A stretch of 64,000 nucleotides of DNA, taken from NCBI RefSeq assembly GCF_003334405.1, contig NZ_QOWM01000001.1. The stretch is one strand, 5' to 3'. Below the pieces are notes generated by a model, which searched no databases, had not been told where the DNA came from, and saw only the letters and a list, made by a program, of their open reading frames with translations. A program made the translations under genes and the position numbers. This DNA is from Escherichia coli (lineage in GTDB: Bacteria > Pseudomonadota > Gammaproteobacteria > Enterobacterales > Enterobacteriaceae). The stretch's first letter is position 1; each line of letters begins with the position of its first letter. Shown piece after piece: positions 38,503-51,078 of this stretch.

Positions 38503-39918
38503 ATGAAAATCAAAACTCGCTTCGCGCCAAGCCCAACAGGCTATCTGCACGTTGGCGGCGCGCGTACTGCTCTTTACTCCTGGCTTTTTGCACGTAACCA
38601 CGGCGGTGAGTTCGTGCTGCGTATTGAAGACACCGATCTTGAGCGTTCCACGCCGGAAGCTATCGAAGCCATTATGGATGGCATGAACTGGCTGAGCCTG
38701 GAGTGGGATGAAGGTCCGTACTACCAGACCAAACGTTTTGATCGCTACAACGCGGTGATCGATCAGATGCTGGAAGAGGGCACTGCTTATAAATGCTATT
38801 GCTCTAAAGAGCGCCTGGAAGCGCTGCGCGAAGAGCAAATGGCGAAAGGTGAGAAGCCGCGTTATGACGGTCGCTGCCGCCACAGCCATGAGCATCATGC
38901 TGATGATGAACCGTGTGTTGTACGTTTTGCTAACCCGCAGGAAGGTTCTGTTGTTTTTGACGATCAGATCCGTGGTCCGATCGAGTTCAGCAACCAGGAA
39001 CTGGACGATCTTATTATCCGCCGTACCGATGGTTCCCCAACCTATAACTTCTGTGTGGTTGTCGATGACTGGGATATGGAAATCACCCACGTTATCCGTG
39101 GCGAAGACCATATCAACAACACGCCACGCCAGATCAACATTCTTAAGGCCCTGAAAGCGCCGGTGCCGGTTTACGCGCACGTTTCTATGATCAATGGCGA
39201 TGACGGTAAAAAACTGTCCAAACGTCACGGGGCAGTCAGCGTAATGCAGTATCGTGATGACGGTTATTTGCCAGAAGCACTGCTGAACTATCTGGTGCGT
39301 CTGGGCTGGTCCCACGGCGATCAGGAAATCTTCACTCGTGAAGAGATGATCAAATACTTCACTTTGAATGCCGTCAGCAAATCTGCCAGTGCGTTCAACA
39401 CCGACAAGCTGCTGTGGCTGAACCATCACTACATTAACGCGCTGCCGCCGGAGTATGTTGCTACTCACTTACAGTGGCACATTGAGCAGGAAAATATCGA
39501 TACCCGTAACGGCCCGCAGCTGGCTGATCTGGTGAAACTGCTGGGCGAACGCTGCAAGACGCTGAAAGAGATGGCACAGAGCTGCCGTTATTTCTACGAA
39601 GATTTTGCTGAGTTCGATGCCGACGCCGCGAAAAAACATCTGCGTCCGGTAGCGCGTCAGCCGCTGGAAGTGGTTCGTGACAAACTGGCCGCGATTACTG
39701 ACTGGACCGCTGAAAACGTTCATCACGCTATTCAGGCGACGGCGGATGAGCTGGAAGTGGGTATGGGTAAAGTTGGTATGCCGCTGCGTGTCGCCGTAAC
39801 CGGTGCGGGGCAGTCTCCAGCACTGGATGTTACCGTTCACGCAATTGGTAAGACCCGCAGTATCGAGCGTATCAACAAAGCGCTGGATTTTATTGCTGAA
39901 CGCGAAAATCAGCAGTAA
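38503..39918 (+). CDS. gltX: glutamyl-tRNA synthetase (471 aa)
   Basis: Class I motifs: HIGH-type ([13 protein letters not shown]) and KMSKS-type (KLSKR); 471 aa. Confidence 0.97.
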
Positions 39919-39935
39919 TTAGCGTGTAAAAAGAT

Positions 39936-39967
39936 AAACGGCAGGAGATAATATCCTGCCGTTTTTT
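39936..39967. terminator. bidirectional intrinsic terminator between gltX and yfeD
   Basis: Hairpin cggcagg-agataatat-cctgccg followed by T6; A/T-rich on the other side. Confidence 0.7.
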
Positions 39968-39969
39968 AT

Positions 39970-40362
39970 TTATGCTGATTCGTCAATATCGAGACGGGCG
40001 AGGAAATTGCGAATTCCTTCACGTGACAAAAATTGCGCGACTTTTTCCTGCTCAATGTCTGTCATATTATCTATCGCGTTGATGATTTGTCGATACGCCG
40101 GGGCGCGTGCTCCAGGAGCGTATTCAGCAATTCTCTCTTCAGCTTCCATCAACATTGGTGTGTTATGGAAGGCTGGCGTGTTCTGAATAAACTCGCAAAC
40201 TTGCGTATCGACCAGAATAAGTCTGGCACGACCGCCTTTCACGCCGGGAAATTTTTCCGTTTTCCAGCCTTTTTCTCTGATCCAACGGTTAACAGTTTGT
40301 TTAGCCACACCGAGGCATTCAGCCAGTTCTTCGGTGGTCATTTTATTGCGTAATCTTTTCAT
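39970..40362 (-). CDS. yfeD: putative HTH DNA-binding protein YfeD (130 aa)
   Basis: N-terminal HTH-like segment (TTEELAECLGVAKQTVNRWIREKGW); paralogous to the adjacent yfeC. Confidence 0.85.
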   Translation of the reverse strand: MKRLRNKMTTEELAECLGVAKQTVNRWIREKGWKTEKFPGVKGGRARLILVDTQVCEFIQNTPAFHNTPMLMEAEERIAEYAPGARAPAYRQIINAIDNMTDIEQEKVAQFLSREGIRNFLARLDIDESA

Positions 40363-40363
40363 A

Positions 40364-40708
40364 TTATTTGCTATCGCGAATCCCTAAGCGTTGTAACAAT
40401 CCGATAATCCCTTCCCGCAGAAGCAAGGATGTAAACTGTTTTTGTTCAACTGGCGTCATCTCTTTCGCCAGTGTCACCAGCAATACTTCAAGCGGCGCAT
40501 CACCAGAAAGGGCAGGCGCTTCTCCCTGACCTTCTGGACGTTCAGCATTGCGAATATATTCACGAACCTGTTCATTGACGTGAACCAGTCGGGCTTTGCC
40601 ACCCTGGACGCCAGGTTTTGGTGACGTTGTCCAGCCTTCCTTGCGTACCCATTTATTAATGGTCTGGCGGCTATAGCCGGTCAGTCTGGCAAGTTCATCT
40701 GGTGTCAT
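40364..40708 (-). CDS. yfeC: putative HTH DNA-binding protein YfeC (114 aa)
   Basis: Stop 1 bp upstream of the yfeD start; same motif architecture as YfeD (TPDELARLTGYSRQTINKWVRKEGW ... PGVQGGKARL); the track ORF begins 5 codons upstream at 40723. Confidence 0.82.
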   Translation of the reverse strand: MTPDELARLTGYSRQTINKWVRKEGWTTSPKPGVQGGKARLVHVNEQVREYIRNAERPEGQGEAPALSGDAPLEVLLVTLAKEMTPVEQKQFTSLLLREGIIGLLQRLGIRDSK

Positions 40709-40883
40709 CCTCTCCTTGAACATAACAATTCCCTGAATGTATGTGGGTCTATTAGTAGTTCATTTTATAACACCACTTTACAGGAAACCGTGACATGAAT
40801 AACTACTGAATGCGAGCGGTTTTCCAAAATTGTTCATTTGCCTGATTTTTCAGCGATTGAAACTACACGTTGCAATTTGCCGT

Positions 40884-40912
40884 TGACACATTCGGGCGGA
40901 ATTCATATGATG
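40884..40912 (+). promoter_or_regulatory. sigma70 promoter of the tRNA-Ala gene with GC-rich discriminator
   Basis: TTGACA, 17-bp spacer, TATGAT, followed by gccgcccg (stringent-type discriminator) about 30 nt before the tRNA. Confidence 0.6.
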
Positions 40913-40943
40913 CCGCCCGTCAACTCGACAAGCTTTACGTGAC

Positions 40944-41019
<76 letters not shown>

Positions 41020-41027
41020 AATTTCCA

Positions 41028-41056
41028 ACCCTCGCTGCAAAGCGGGGGTTTTTTGT
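41028..41056 (+). terminator. intrinsic terminator after tRNA-Ala
   Basis: Hairpin ccctcgc-tgcaaa-gcggggg followed by T6. Confidence 0.65.
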
Positions 41057-41227
41057 CTCTGCTTTTTGCCGCTTTTGTAATACAGTCTACGTCCGGGTTA
41101 GTGCCGCCTGGTGAAAGCATCATTGGATGAAAAATCGGCAACAGGCTGGCCCCCTGTTTGCTTCGCGATGCGAATAAACTTATTATTTTTGTGCCTGAAA
41201 ACCCCGATCAGTGAGAGTAGTGTACTC

Positions 41228-43417
41228 ATGTTTGTGGAGCATAACCTGATAAAAAATATCAAGATATTCACACTAGCGTTTACGCTCACCGTGGTACTTA
41301 TTCAGCTATCCCGTTTTATTTCGCCACTTGCCATTATCCATTCCAGTTATATCTTTCTGGCGTGGATGCCACTGTGCGTAATGCTGTCAATCTTGTTTAT
41401 CTTTGGCTGGCGCGGTGTCGTTCCCGTTTTATGCGGGATGTTTTGCACCAATCTGTGGAACTTTCATCTCTCTTTTTTACAGACTGCGGTCATGCTCGGT
41501 AGCCAGACGTTTGTCGTGTTGTGTGCCTGCGCAATATTACGCTGGCAGCTGGGGACGCGTTGGCGTTATGGATTGACCAGCCGATATGTCTGGCAACGTC
41601 TGTTCTGGCTTGGTTTGGTGACGCCGATCGGCATCAAATGCAGCATGTATCTTGTGGGGAGCTTCTTTGATTTCCCGCTAAAGATATCCACCTTTTTCGG
41701 CGATGCGGATGCCATTTTCACGGTCGTTGATTTGCTAAGCCTTTTCACCGCTGTGCTGATTTACAACATGCTTTTCTACTATCTCACTCGCATGATTGTA
41801 AGTCCCCACTTTGCGCAGATATTGTGGCGCAGGGATATCGCTCCGTCGTTGGGCAAAGAGAAACGCGCATTTACCTTAAGCTGGCTGGCAGCGTTAAGCG
41901 TGCTGCTACTTCTGTTGTGCACACCTTATGAAAACGACTTTATTGCCGGTTACCTGGTACCCGTTTTCTTCATCATCTTTACCCTCGGGGTCGGTAAGCT
42001 TCGCTATCCGTTTTTAAATCTCACCTGGGCTGTTTCAACGCTTTGCCTTCTGAATTACAACCAGAACTTTTTGCAAGGGGTGGAAACCGAATATTCGCTG
42101 GCATTTATTCTTGCGGTGCTGATTTCCTTTAGCGTTTGCCTGCTCTATATGGTGCGCATTTATCATCGCAGTGAATGGCTTAATCGCCGCTGGCATTTGC
42201 AGGCGCTGACAGATCCGTTAACGCTCCTACCCAACTTTCGTGCGTTGGAACAAGCGCCGGAGCAAGAGGCGGGCAAGAGTTTTTGCTGCCTGCGCATTGA
42301 TAATCTTGAGTTTATGAGTCGTCATTACGGCTTAATGATGCGCGTTCACTGTATCCGCTCAATTTGCCGTACGCTGCTGCCGTTGATGCAGGAAAACGAA
42401 AAGTTGTATCAATTGCCGGGTAGTGAACTGCTGTTAGTGCTGAGCGGGCCGGAAACGGAAGGGCGACTCCAGCATATGGTTAACATCCTGAATAGTCGGC
42501 AAATTCACTGGAACAATACCGGGCTGGATATGGGCTATGGTGCTGCCTGGGGGCGTTTTGATGGAAATCAGGAAACCCTGCAACCCTTGTTGGGGCAGTT
42601 AAGCTGGCTGGCGGAGCAATCCTGCGCACATCATCATGTGCTGGCGCTGGATAGCAGAGAGGAGATGGTTTCCGGGCAGACCACTAAACAGGTGCTATTG
42701 CTGAATACCATTCGCACGGCGTTAGATCAGGGTGATTTGCTGCTCTACGCCCAGCCAATTCGCAACAAAGAGGGTGAAGGTTATGATGAGATCCTCGCGC
42801 GACTGAAATATGACGGCGGCATTATGACCCCGGATAAGTTTCTGCCCCTTATTGCTCAGTTTAACCTTAGCGCGCGTTTTGATTTGCAAGTGCTGGAATC
42901 CTTGTTGAAGTGGCTGGCAACACACCCTTGCGACAAAAAAGGACCGCGCTTTTCAGTCAATTTAATGCCGCTCACGCTGCTGCAAAAGAATATTGCCGGG
43001 CGGATTATTCGTCTGTTTAAGCGTTATCACATCTCCCCGCAGGCGGTCATTCTTGAGATCACCGAGGAGCAGGCGTTTTCTAACGCAGAAAGCAGCATGT
43101 ACAACATCGAGCAGCTGCATAAGTTTGGTTTCCGGATTGCGATTGATGACTTTGGCACCGGATATGCCAACTACGAACGGTTAAAGCGTTTGCAGGCTGA
43201 TATCATCAAAATTGATGGCGTCTTTGTGAAAGATATTGTCACGAACACGCTGGATGCGATGATTGTGAGATCAATTACCGATCTGGCGAAAGCGAAGTCA
43301 TTGAGTGTGGTCGCGGAGTTTGTCGAGACGCAACAGCAGCAGGCGCTATTGCATAAGCTCGGGGTGCAATATCTGCAAGGGTATTTGATTGGTCGCCCGC
43401 AGCCATTAGCTGATTAA
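41228..43417 (+). CDS. pdeA: c-di-GMP phosphodiesterase PdeA (YfeA): membrane sensor domain, degenerate GGDEF, EAL (729 aa)
   Basis: ATG at 41228 (MFVEHNLIKN...), N-terminal multi-TM region, C-terminal EAL domain; the track ORF is extended upstream to 41111. Confidence 0.9.
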   Translation: MFVEHNLIKNIKIFTLAFTLTVVLIQLSRFISPLAIIHSSYIFLAWMPLCVMLSILFIFGWRGVVPVLCGMFCTNLWNFHLSFLQTAVMLGSQTFVVLCACAILRWQLGTRWRYGLTSRYVWQRLFWLGLVTPIGIKCSMYLVGSFFDFPLKISTFFGDADAIFTVVDLLSLFTAVLIYNMLFYYLTRMIVSPHFAQILWRRDIAPSLGKEKRAFTLSWLAALSVLLLLLCTPYENDFIAGYLVPVFFIIFTLGVGKLRYPFLNLTWAVSTLCLLNYNQNFLQGVETEYSLAFILAVLISFSVCLLYMVRIYHRSEWLNRRWHLQALTDPLTLLPNFRALEQAPEQEAGKSFCCLRIDNLEFMSRHYGLMMRVHCIRSICRTLLPLMQENEKLYQLPGSELLLVLSGPETEGRLQHMVNILNSRQIHWNNTGLDMGYGAAWGRFDGNQETLQPLLGQLSWLAEQSCAHHHVLALDSREEMVSGQTTKQVLLLNTIRTALDQGDLLLYAQPIRNKEGEGYDEILARLKYDGGIMTPDKFLPLIAQFNLSARFDLQVLESLLKWLATHPCDKKGPRFSVNLMPLTLLQKNIAGRIIRLFKRYHISPQAVILEITEEQAFSNAESSMYNIEQLHKFGFRIAIDDFGTGYANYERLKRLQADIIKIDGVFVKDIVTNTLDAMIVRSITDLAKAKSLSVVAEFVETQQQQALLHKLGVQYLQGYLIGRPQPLAD

Positions 43418-43424
43418 CAGGCGT

Positions 43425-43457
43425 AAAAAAACCGGGGAATTATCCCCGGCTTTTTTA
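43425..43457. terminator. bidirectional intrinsic terminator between pdeA and nupC
   Basis: Hairpin ccgggga-attat-tccccgg flanked by A7 and T6. Confidence 0.7.
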
Positions 43458-43466
43458 TGTATGGTC

Positions 43467-44669
43467 TTACAGCACCAGTGCTGCGATTGACGCAGACAGC
43501 ACACTCACCAGGGTAGAGCCGTAAACCAGCTTCAGACCGAAGCGAGAAACCACGTTACCTTGCTCTTCATTCAGGCCTTTAACTGCACCTGCGATAATCC
43601 CGATTGAAGAGAAGTTAGCGAAGGAAACCAGGAACACAGAGATGATGCCTTCAGCACGCGGAGAGAGCGTGGAAGCAATTTTCTGCAGATCCATCATCGC
43701 AACGAACTCGTTGGAAACCAGTTTGGTCGCCATGATACTGCCCACTTGCAGTGCTTCACTGGAAGGAACACCCATCACCCATGCAATCGGATAGAAGATG
43801 TAGCCCAGGATGCCCTGGAAGGAGATGCTGTAGCCAAACCAGCCAGTAACGGTGGCAAACAGTGCGTTCAGCGCGGCGATCAGGGCGATAAAGCCAATCA
43901 GCATCGCGGCAACGATAATGGCAACTTTGAAACCTGCCAGAATGTATTCACCCAGCATTTCGAAGAAGCTCTGACCTTCGTGCAGGTTGGACATCTGGAT
44001 GTTTTCTTCACTGGCATCAACACGGTAAGGATTGATCAGCGACAGCACGATAAAGGTGCTGAACATGTTCAGTACCAGCGCAGCAACGACGTATTTCGGT
44101 TCCAGCATGGTCATGTATGCACCAACGATGGACATCGACACGGTGGACATTGCCGTGGCAGCCATGGTGTACATACGATTACGGGAGATTTTGCCGAGGA
44201 TATCTTTATAGGCAATAAAGTTTTCAGACTGACCCAGAATCAGGGAGCTGACGGCGTTAAAGGATTCCAGTTTGCCCATGCCGTTGACTTTGGAGAGCAG
44301 GAAACCAATTGCGCGGATGATCACCGGCAACACGCGAATGTGCTGGAGAATACCGATCAGTGCAGAGATAAAGACGATTGGGCACAGCACTTTCAGGAAG
44401 AAGAATGCCAGGCCTTGATCATTCATGCTACCAAAGACGAAGTTAGTCCCTTCGTTGGCAAATCCGAGCAGTTTTTCGAACATTTCGGAGAAGCCTTTCA
44501 CGAAGCCTAAACCAACGTCGGAGTTCAGGAAGAACCACGCCAGTAACACTTCGATAACAAGCAGTTGAATAACATAACGGATACGAATTTTTTTGCGGTC
44601 GCTGCTTACCAGCAGTGCGAGAATCGCAACAACGGCAAGTGCCAGTACAAAATGAAGGACGCGGTCCAT
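43467..44669 (-). CDS. nupC: nucleoside:H+ symporter NupC (400 aa)
   Basis: Start at [14 protein letters not shown]...; concentrative nucleoside transporter family; the track ORF is extended 13 codons. Confidence 0.93.
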
Positions 44670-44934
44670 ATTTGCTCCAAATATGAGGCAGGTTAAATTT
44701 CCGTGCACATTCTATGTAACATGGTTAAGGAAAACGAGATCTGACACACACTATAATGACGTCCTGTGACAGGCTTCAAAAATAGTGATCTGTCATACAT
44801 TTCTGCTATGTTGTGTATGGAAGCTGAAAGTTATGTAAATGTGCTAACATTAAACATAACCATAACATTCAAGTCATCAATCTTTTCGTAGTCATAATCC
44901 TGGTCTATCAGAGAAATCACCACAATCCATTTAA

Positions 44935-44956
44935 ATGAATTTGATAATCATTCTCG
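44935..44956 (+). promoter_or_regulatory. putative Fur box in the mntH promoter
   Basis: gataatcattctc matches the 3' part of the Fur consensus GATAATGATAATCATTATC with one mismatch; about 50 bp upstream of the mntH start. Confidence 0.4.
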
Positions 44957-44970
44957 TTTGGTATAGCATG

Positions 44971-44992
44971 AAACATAGCAAAGGCTATGTTT
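44971..44992 (+). promoter_or_regulatory. MntR operator palindrome upstream of mntH
   Basis: Perfect inverted repeat AAACATAGC-aaag-GCTATGTTT about 15 bp upstream of the mntH start codon. Confidence 0.7.
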
Positions 44993-44995
44993 TAG

Positions 44996-46243
<1,248 letters not shown>

Positions 46244-46264
46244 TTGAATGAGCGTCGCATCTGG

Positions 46265-46365
<101 letters not shown>

Positions 46366-46383
46366 CTCCATTGGCGGACGCGT

Positions 46384-46710
46384 TTAATGGCGGTGCCCAT
46401 GACCCCGGCCTTTTCCGCGATGATCGTCACGATCGCGCCAGCCTTCACGATAGCCACGCTCATACGCTTTACGCTTATCCCAGCCACGGTGGTAGCCATT
46501 ATCATGACGCCACCAACGGTTTTTGCGCCACTCATAATTGCGATGCCAGTAGTCACGGTCGCGCCAGTGACCACCGTCCCAGTAATTACCGTAATGATCG
46601 CGATCGCCAATTTGTAATTTGATTGATGGCAGTAGGGTGATTTCACCTGCGTTTGCTGCAAGCGGGGTAAATGCCATCAGGGCGGCCGCCAGAAACAGTG
46701 ACCTGAACAT
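46384..46710 (-). CDS. ypeC: secreted low-complexity His/Arg/Trp/Asp-rich protein YpeC (108 aa)
   Basis: Signal peptide ([21 protein letters not shown]) followed by a repetitive region ([32 protein letters not shown]...GHGHRH); the repeats generate several overlapping spurious ORFs. Confidence 0.8.
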
Positions 46711-46824
46711 TGTTATTCTCCTTCACGCTCGAAGCCGTCAGCGGCCTGTTAACGCAATATTACGGGGAGGTAAAGCCCCGTATCATCGCCATAACTCTTA
46801 AATCATAAAGGAGAGCATTTTTTG

Positions 46825-48081
46825 CTAAACGTTATCGTGGGGTGGCTGTTGCTTCGGACGATTGACCATCATCATCGGCTTACCTGCTAATAACAGCCAT
46901 GCCGGAAGCATGACGATACAGAGCAGCGGTAGCAATGTGGTATTGGGTACAACGACTGCCGCCATAAAAAGACTTAACCAGCCATCGCGTGTTACCACCA
47001 GCACGATGCCGAGAATAGCGCAAGAAACGGTTATTGCCGCTGGTACGGCGGGAACGTGCTCATGCAGCATCAACCCTAATGCCACGCCGACAAACACTGC
47101 CGGGAAGATTCGCCCACCGCGAAAGCCACTGGCGGCAGCAACGACCAGGGCGGCAAGTTTAATTACCGCCAGCAAAAAGTAATCGCTGGTGCTGAAAGCC
47201 TGATTTGCCACCATCTGCTGCATCTCATCCAGCCCTTTAAACAGCGAAACTGGTCCACCAATAACCCCCAGAATACCGAGAATAAATCCGCCAATACCCA
47301 GCACGAGCACCGGATTTTTCATTTGATGCATCATCGCGTGCAACCGTGGTAAGCACCATACGGCGACCATCCCTGCTGCGATGGCAATCGCCGCGACAAT
47401 TGCACCGCTGAGAATATCGGTCATTTCCATCTGTCCGTAATGAGCAATGGGCAGTGAAAAATGAGGATGGAAAAATAATCCGGTAGTAAGTGCACCAGCT
47501 GCTGCCGCCATTAACGGCGCAAAGAGACGATCCCATAGCGGAACTTCACTACTGCCATTTAAGGTTTGCGAAAATATCAACGCCGCCGCAACAGGAGTGC
47601 CAAACAGTGCGCCGATGGTTCCGGCAGAGGCTAAAATAGTCCACTCCATTCGGTTGACGCGCGGTAACAGACGAGCGCCAATGGCAACCGCAAGGGCGAT
47701 ATTGACGGTCATGATCGGATGTTCCGGCCCCAGGCTGACGCCGCCAGCAAGACCGAGAATTAATGCTACGATAAGTCCAGGTAGCGCAGAGGGCGGAACC
47801 GGTGCGCCGATCAGCGGTTCACAGGCGGGGTCTGGTCCGGCATGACCCTGGCTGAAACGGATAACCAACCCCACCGCAATACCCGTTAGCGTTAATACAC
47901 CGATGATCCAGAGGGGTGAATCCTGGGCTATCCCCAGAGTTCCCGGCAGTCGTTGCCAGAGCAAATTCTGTAATACCGAGGCGATTTTCATCACCACAAT
48001 CAGAATAAGACTGGACGCAATCCCAATTGCCACGGCGGGGAGCGATAATAACAACATGGTTCTGGCTCGCGGATGGAGCAT
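46825..48081 (-). CDS. yfeO: ClC-family anion channel-like membrane protein YfeO (418 aa)
   Basis: Polytopic membrane protein with a glycine-rich helix pattern typical of ClC channels. Confidence 0.88.
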
Positions 48082-48284
48082 GTTCTATTCCTTATGCGGG
48101 GTCAGATACTTAGTTTGCCCAGCTTGCAAAAAGGCATCGCTGCAATTGGTGCTGAAACGATAAAGTAATTGTGTGACCCAGATCGATATTTACAGGGAGC
48201 CTGCCTTTCCGGCGTTGTTGTTATGCCCCCAGGTATTTACAGTGTGAGAAAGAATTATTTTGACTTTAGCGGAGCAGTTGAAGA

Positions 48285-49250
48285 ATGACAAAGTATGCAT
48301 TAGTCGGTGATGTGGGCGGCACCAACGCACGTCTTGCTCTGTGTGATATTGCCAGTGGTGAAATCTCGCAGGCTAAGACCTATTCAGGGCTTGATTACCC
48401 CAGCCTCGAAGCGGTCATTCGCGTTTATCTTGAAGAACATAAGGTCGAGGTGAAAGACGGCTGTATTGCCATCGCTTGCCCAATTACCGGTGACTGGGTG
48501 GCGATGACCAACCATACCTGGGCGTTCTCAATTGCCGAAATGAAAAAGAATCTCGGTTTTAGCCATCTGGAAATTATTAACGATTTTACCGCTGTATCGA
48601 TGGCGATCCCGATGCTGAAAAAAGAGCATCTGATTCAGTTTGGTGGCGCAGAACCGGTCGAAGGTAAGCCTATTGCGGTTTACGGTGCCGGAACGGGGCT
48701 TGGGGTTGCGCATCTGGTCCATGTCGATAAGCGTTGGGTAAGCTTGCCAGGCGAAGGCGGTCACGTTGATTTTGCGCCGAATAGTGAAGAAGAGGCCATT
48801 ATCCTCGAAATATTGCGTGCGGAAATTGGTCATGTTTCGGCGGAGCGCGTGCTTTCTGGCCCTGGGCTGGTGAATTTGTATCGCGCAATTGTGAAAGCTG
48901 ACAACCGCCTGCCAGAAAATCTCAAGCCAAAAGATATTACCGAACGCGCGCTGGCTGACAGCTGCACCGATTGCCGCCGCGCATTGTCGCTGTTTTGCGT
49001 CATTATGGGCCGTTTTGGCGGCAATCTGGCGCTCAATCTCGGGACATTTGGCGGCGTGTTTATTGCGGGCGGTATCGTGCCGCGCTTCCTTGAGTTCTTC
49101 AAAGCCTCCGGTTTCCGTGCCGCATTTGAAGATAAAGGGCGCTTTAAAGAATATGTCCATGATATTCCGGTGTATCTCATCGTCCATGACAATCCGGGCC
49201 TTCTCGGTTCCGGTGCACATTTACGCCAGACCTTAGGTCACATTCTGTAA
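48285..49250 (+). CDS. glk: glucokinase (321 aa)
   Basis: N-terminal ATP-binding motif ([12 protein letters not shown]); 321 aa. Confidence 0.97.
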   Translation: MTKYALVGDVGGTNARLALCDIASGEISQAKTYSGLDYPSLEAVIRVYLEEHKVEVKDGCIAIACPITGDWVAMTNHTWAFSIAEMKKNLGFSHLEIINDFTAVSMAIPMLKKEHLIQFGGAEPVEGKPIAVYGAGTGLGVAHLVHVDKRWVSLPGEGGHVDFAPNSEEEAIILEILRAEIGHVSAERVLSGPGLVNLYRAIVKADNRLPENLKPKDITERALADSCTDCRRALSLFCVIMGRFGGNLALNLGTFGGVFIAGGIVPRFLEFFKASGFRAAFEDKGRFKEYVHDIPVYLIVHDNPGLLGSGAHLRQTLGHIL

Positions 49251-49264
49251 ATCCTTCCTTTTAT

Positions 49265-49295
49265 ATCGGGAGGTAACTCTCCCGATAATCTTTTA
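49265..49295 (+). terminator. putative intrinsic terminator after glk
   Basis: Hairpin atcgggag-gtaact-ctcccgat followed by a T-rich tract. Confidence 0.55.
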
Positions 49296-49468
49296 AATCA
49301 TACAGTTTATTCAATTTTTCTTTGTGTCCCCTCACAAGGTCGACCTGCGTCACACTTCCGTACAGCGGGATTAATTCTCCAGTAAATGCATTATTTGTCT
49401 GGTAACGGCGATTTGTTTTGCACGTTCATAATTTCACTCGTCAACTATCACTGAACGAGGAATTAACG

Positions 49469-49795
49469 ATGAGTAAGAAACTGATTGCCTTATGTGCCTG
49501 CCCGATGGGCCTGGCTCACACCTTTATGGCCGCTCAGGCGCTGGAAGAAGCGGCGGTAGAAGCCGGTTATGAAGTGAAAATTGAAACCCAGGGCGCGGAC
49601 GGTATCCAGAATCGCCTGACGGCGCAGGATATCGCCGAAGCGACCATCATCATCCACTCCGTGGCAGTTACCCCGGAAGATAACGAACGTTTCGAATCAC
49701 GCGACGTTTATGAAATCACTTTGCAGGACGCAATTAAAAACGCTGCGGGCATCATCAAAGAAATCGAAGAGATGATTGCCTCTGAACAACAGTAA
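49469..49795 (+). CDS. fryB: PTS fructose-like EIIB component (108 aa)
   Basis: ATG at 49469 (MSKKLIALCACPMG) with the EIIB phospho-cysteine motif; the track ORF is extended upstream to 49418. Confidence 0.9.
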   Translation: MSKKLIALCACPMGLAHTFMAAQALEEAAVEAGYEVKIETQGADGIQNRLTAQDIAEATIIIHSVAVTPEDNERFESRDVYEITLQDAIKNAAGIIKEIEEMIASEQQ

Positions 49796-49816
49796 TATTC
49801 GACAGGGATAATTGTT

Positions 49817-51064
49817 ATGGCCATTAAAAAACGCAGTGCAACCGTTGTGCCTGGCGCATCCGGTGCGGCAGCGGCAGTTAAGAATCCGCAGGCCTCTAAA
49901 ACCAGCTTCTGGGGTGAACTCCCGCAGCATGTGATGTCAGGGATTTCACGCATGGTGCCGACCTTAATTATGGGCGGTGTGATCCTCGCTTTCAGCCAGC
50001 TGATTGCTTATAGCTGGCTTAAAATTCCTGCTGAGATCGGCATCATGGATGCTCTTAATAGCGGGAAATTCTCCGGTTTCGACCTCTCCTTACTTAAATT
50101 TGCCTGGCTGTCGCAGTCCTTCGGCGGCGTGTTGTTTGGTTTTGCCATTCCGATGTTTGCTGCTTTTGTGGCGAACTCTATCGGTGGCAAACTGGCGTTC
50201 CCGGCTGGTTTTATCGGCGGGTTGATGTCTACCCAGCCGACGCAACTGCTGAACTTCGATCCCAGCACTATGCAATGGGCGACCTCTTCGCCGGTGCCGT
50301 CCACCTTCATTGGTGCGCTGATTATTTCTATCGTTGCCGGTTACCTTGTGAAGTGGATGAACCAGAAAATCCAGTTACCGGATTTCCTGTTAGCGTTCAA
50401 AACCACATTTTTGCTCCCGATTCTTTCCGCCATTTTTGTCATGCTGGCGATGTACTACGTCATCACCCCCTTTGGTGGCTGGATCAACGGCGGTATCCGT
50501 ACTGTGCTGACTGCCGCAGGTGAGAAGGGCGCGCTGATGTACGCAATGGGGATCGCCGCGGCGACAGCAATCGACCTTGGTGGCCCGATCAACAAAGCCG
50601 CAGGTTTTGTTGCCTTCAGCTTTACCACTGACCACGTATTACCGGTCACCGCTCGTTCTATCGCTATCGTTATTCCGCCGATTGGTCTGGGGCTGGCGAC
50701 CATTATCGACCGTCGTTTAACCGGCAAACGCCTGTTCAACGCTCAACTTTATCCGCAGGGTAAGACCGCCATGTTCCTGGCGTTTATGGGGATCAGTGAG
50801 GGTGCGATTCCGTTTGCGCTGGAAAGCCCCATCACCGCCATTCCGTCGTATATGGTCGGCGCTATTGTCGGCTCAACCGCCGCTGTCTGGCTGGGCGCAG
50901 TGCAATGGTTCCCGGAGTCCGCTATCTGGGCATGGCCGCTGGTCACTAACCTGGGCGTCTATATGGCGGGGATCGCGCTGGGGGCAGTCATAACTGCGCT
51001 GATGGTGGTGTTCCTGCGTCTGATGATGTTCCGTAAAGGCAAATTGTTAATCGATAGCCTGTAA
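49817..51064 (+). CDS. fryC: PTS fructose-like EIIC component (415 aa)
   Basis: Polytopic EIIC-type permease. Confidence 0.92.
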   Translation: MAIKKRSATVVPGASGAAAAVKNPQASKTSFWGELPQHVMSGISRMVPTLIMGGVILAFSQLIAYSWLKIPAEIGIMDALNSGKFSGFDLSLLKFAWLSQSFGGVLFGFAIPMFAAFVANSIGGKLAFPAGFIGGLMSTQPTQLLNFDPSTMQWATSSPVPSTFIGALIISIVAGYLVKWMNQKIQLPDFLLAFKTTFLLPILSAIFVMLAMYYVITPFGGWINGGIRTVLTAAGEKGALMYAMGIAAATAIDLGGPINKAAGFVAFSFTTDHVLPVTARSIAIVIPPIGLGLATIIDRRLTGKRLFNAQLYPQGKTAMFLAFMGISEGAIPFALESPITAIPSYMVGAIVGSTAAVWLGAVQWFPESAIWAWPLVTNLGVYMAGIALGAVITALMVVFLRLMMFRKGKLLIDSL

Positions 51065-51078
51065 GAAGGAAAATCCAG

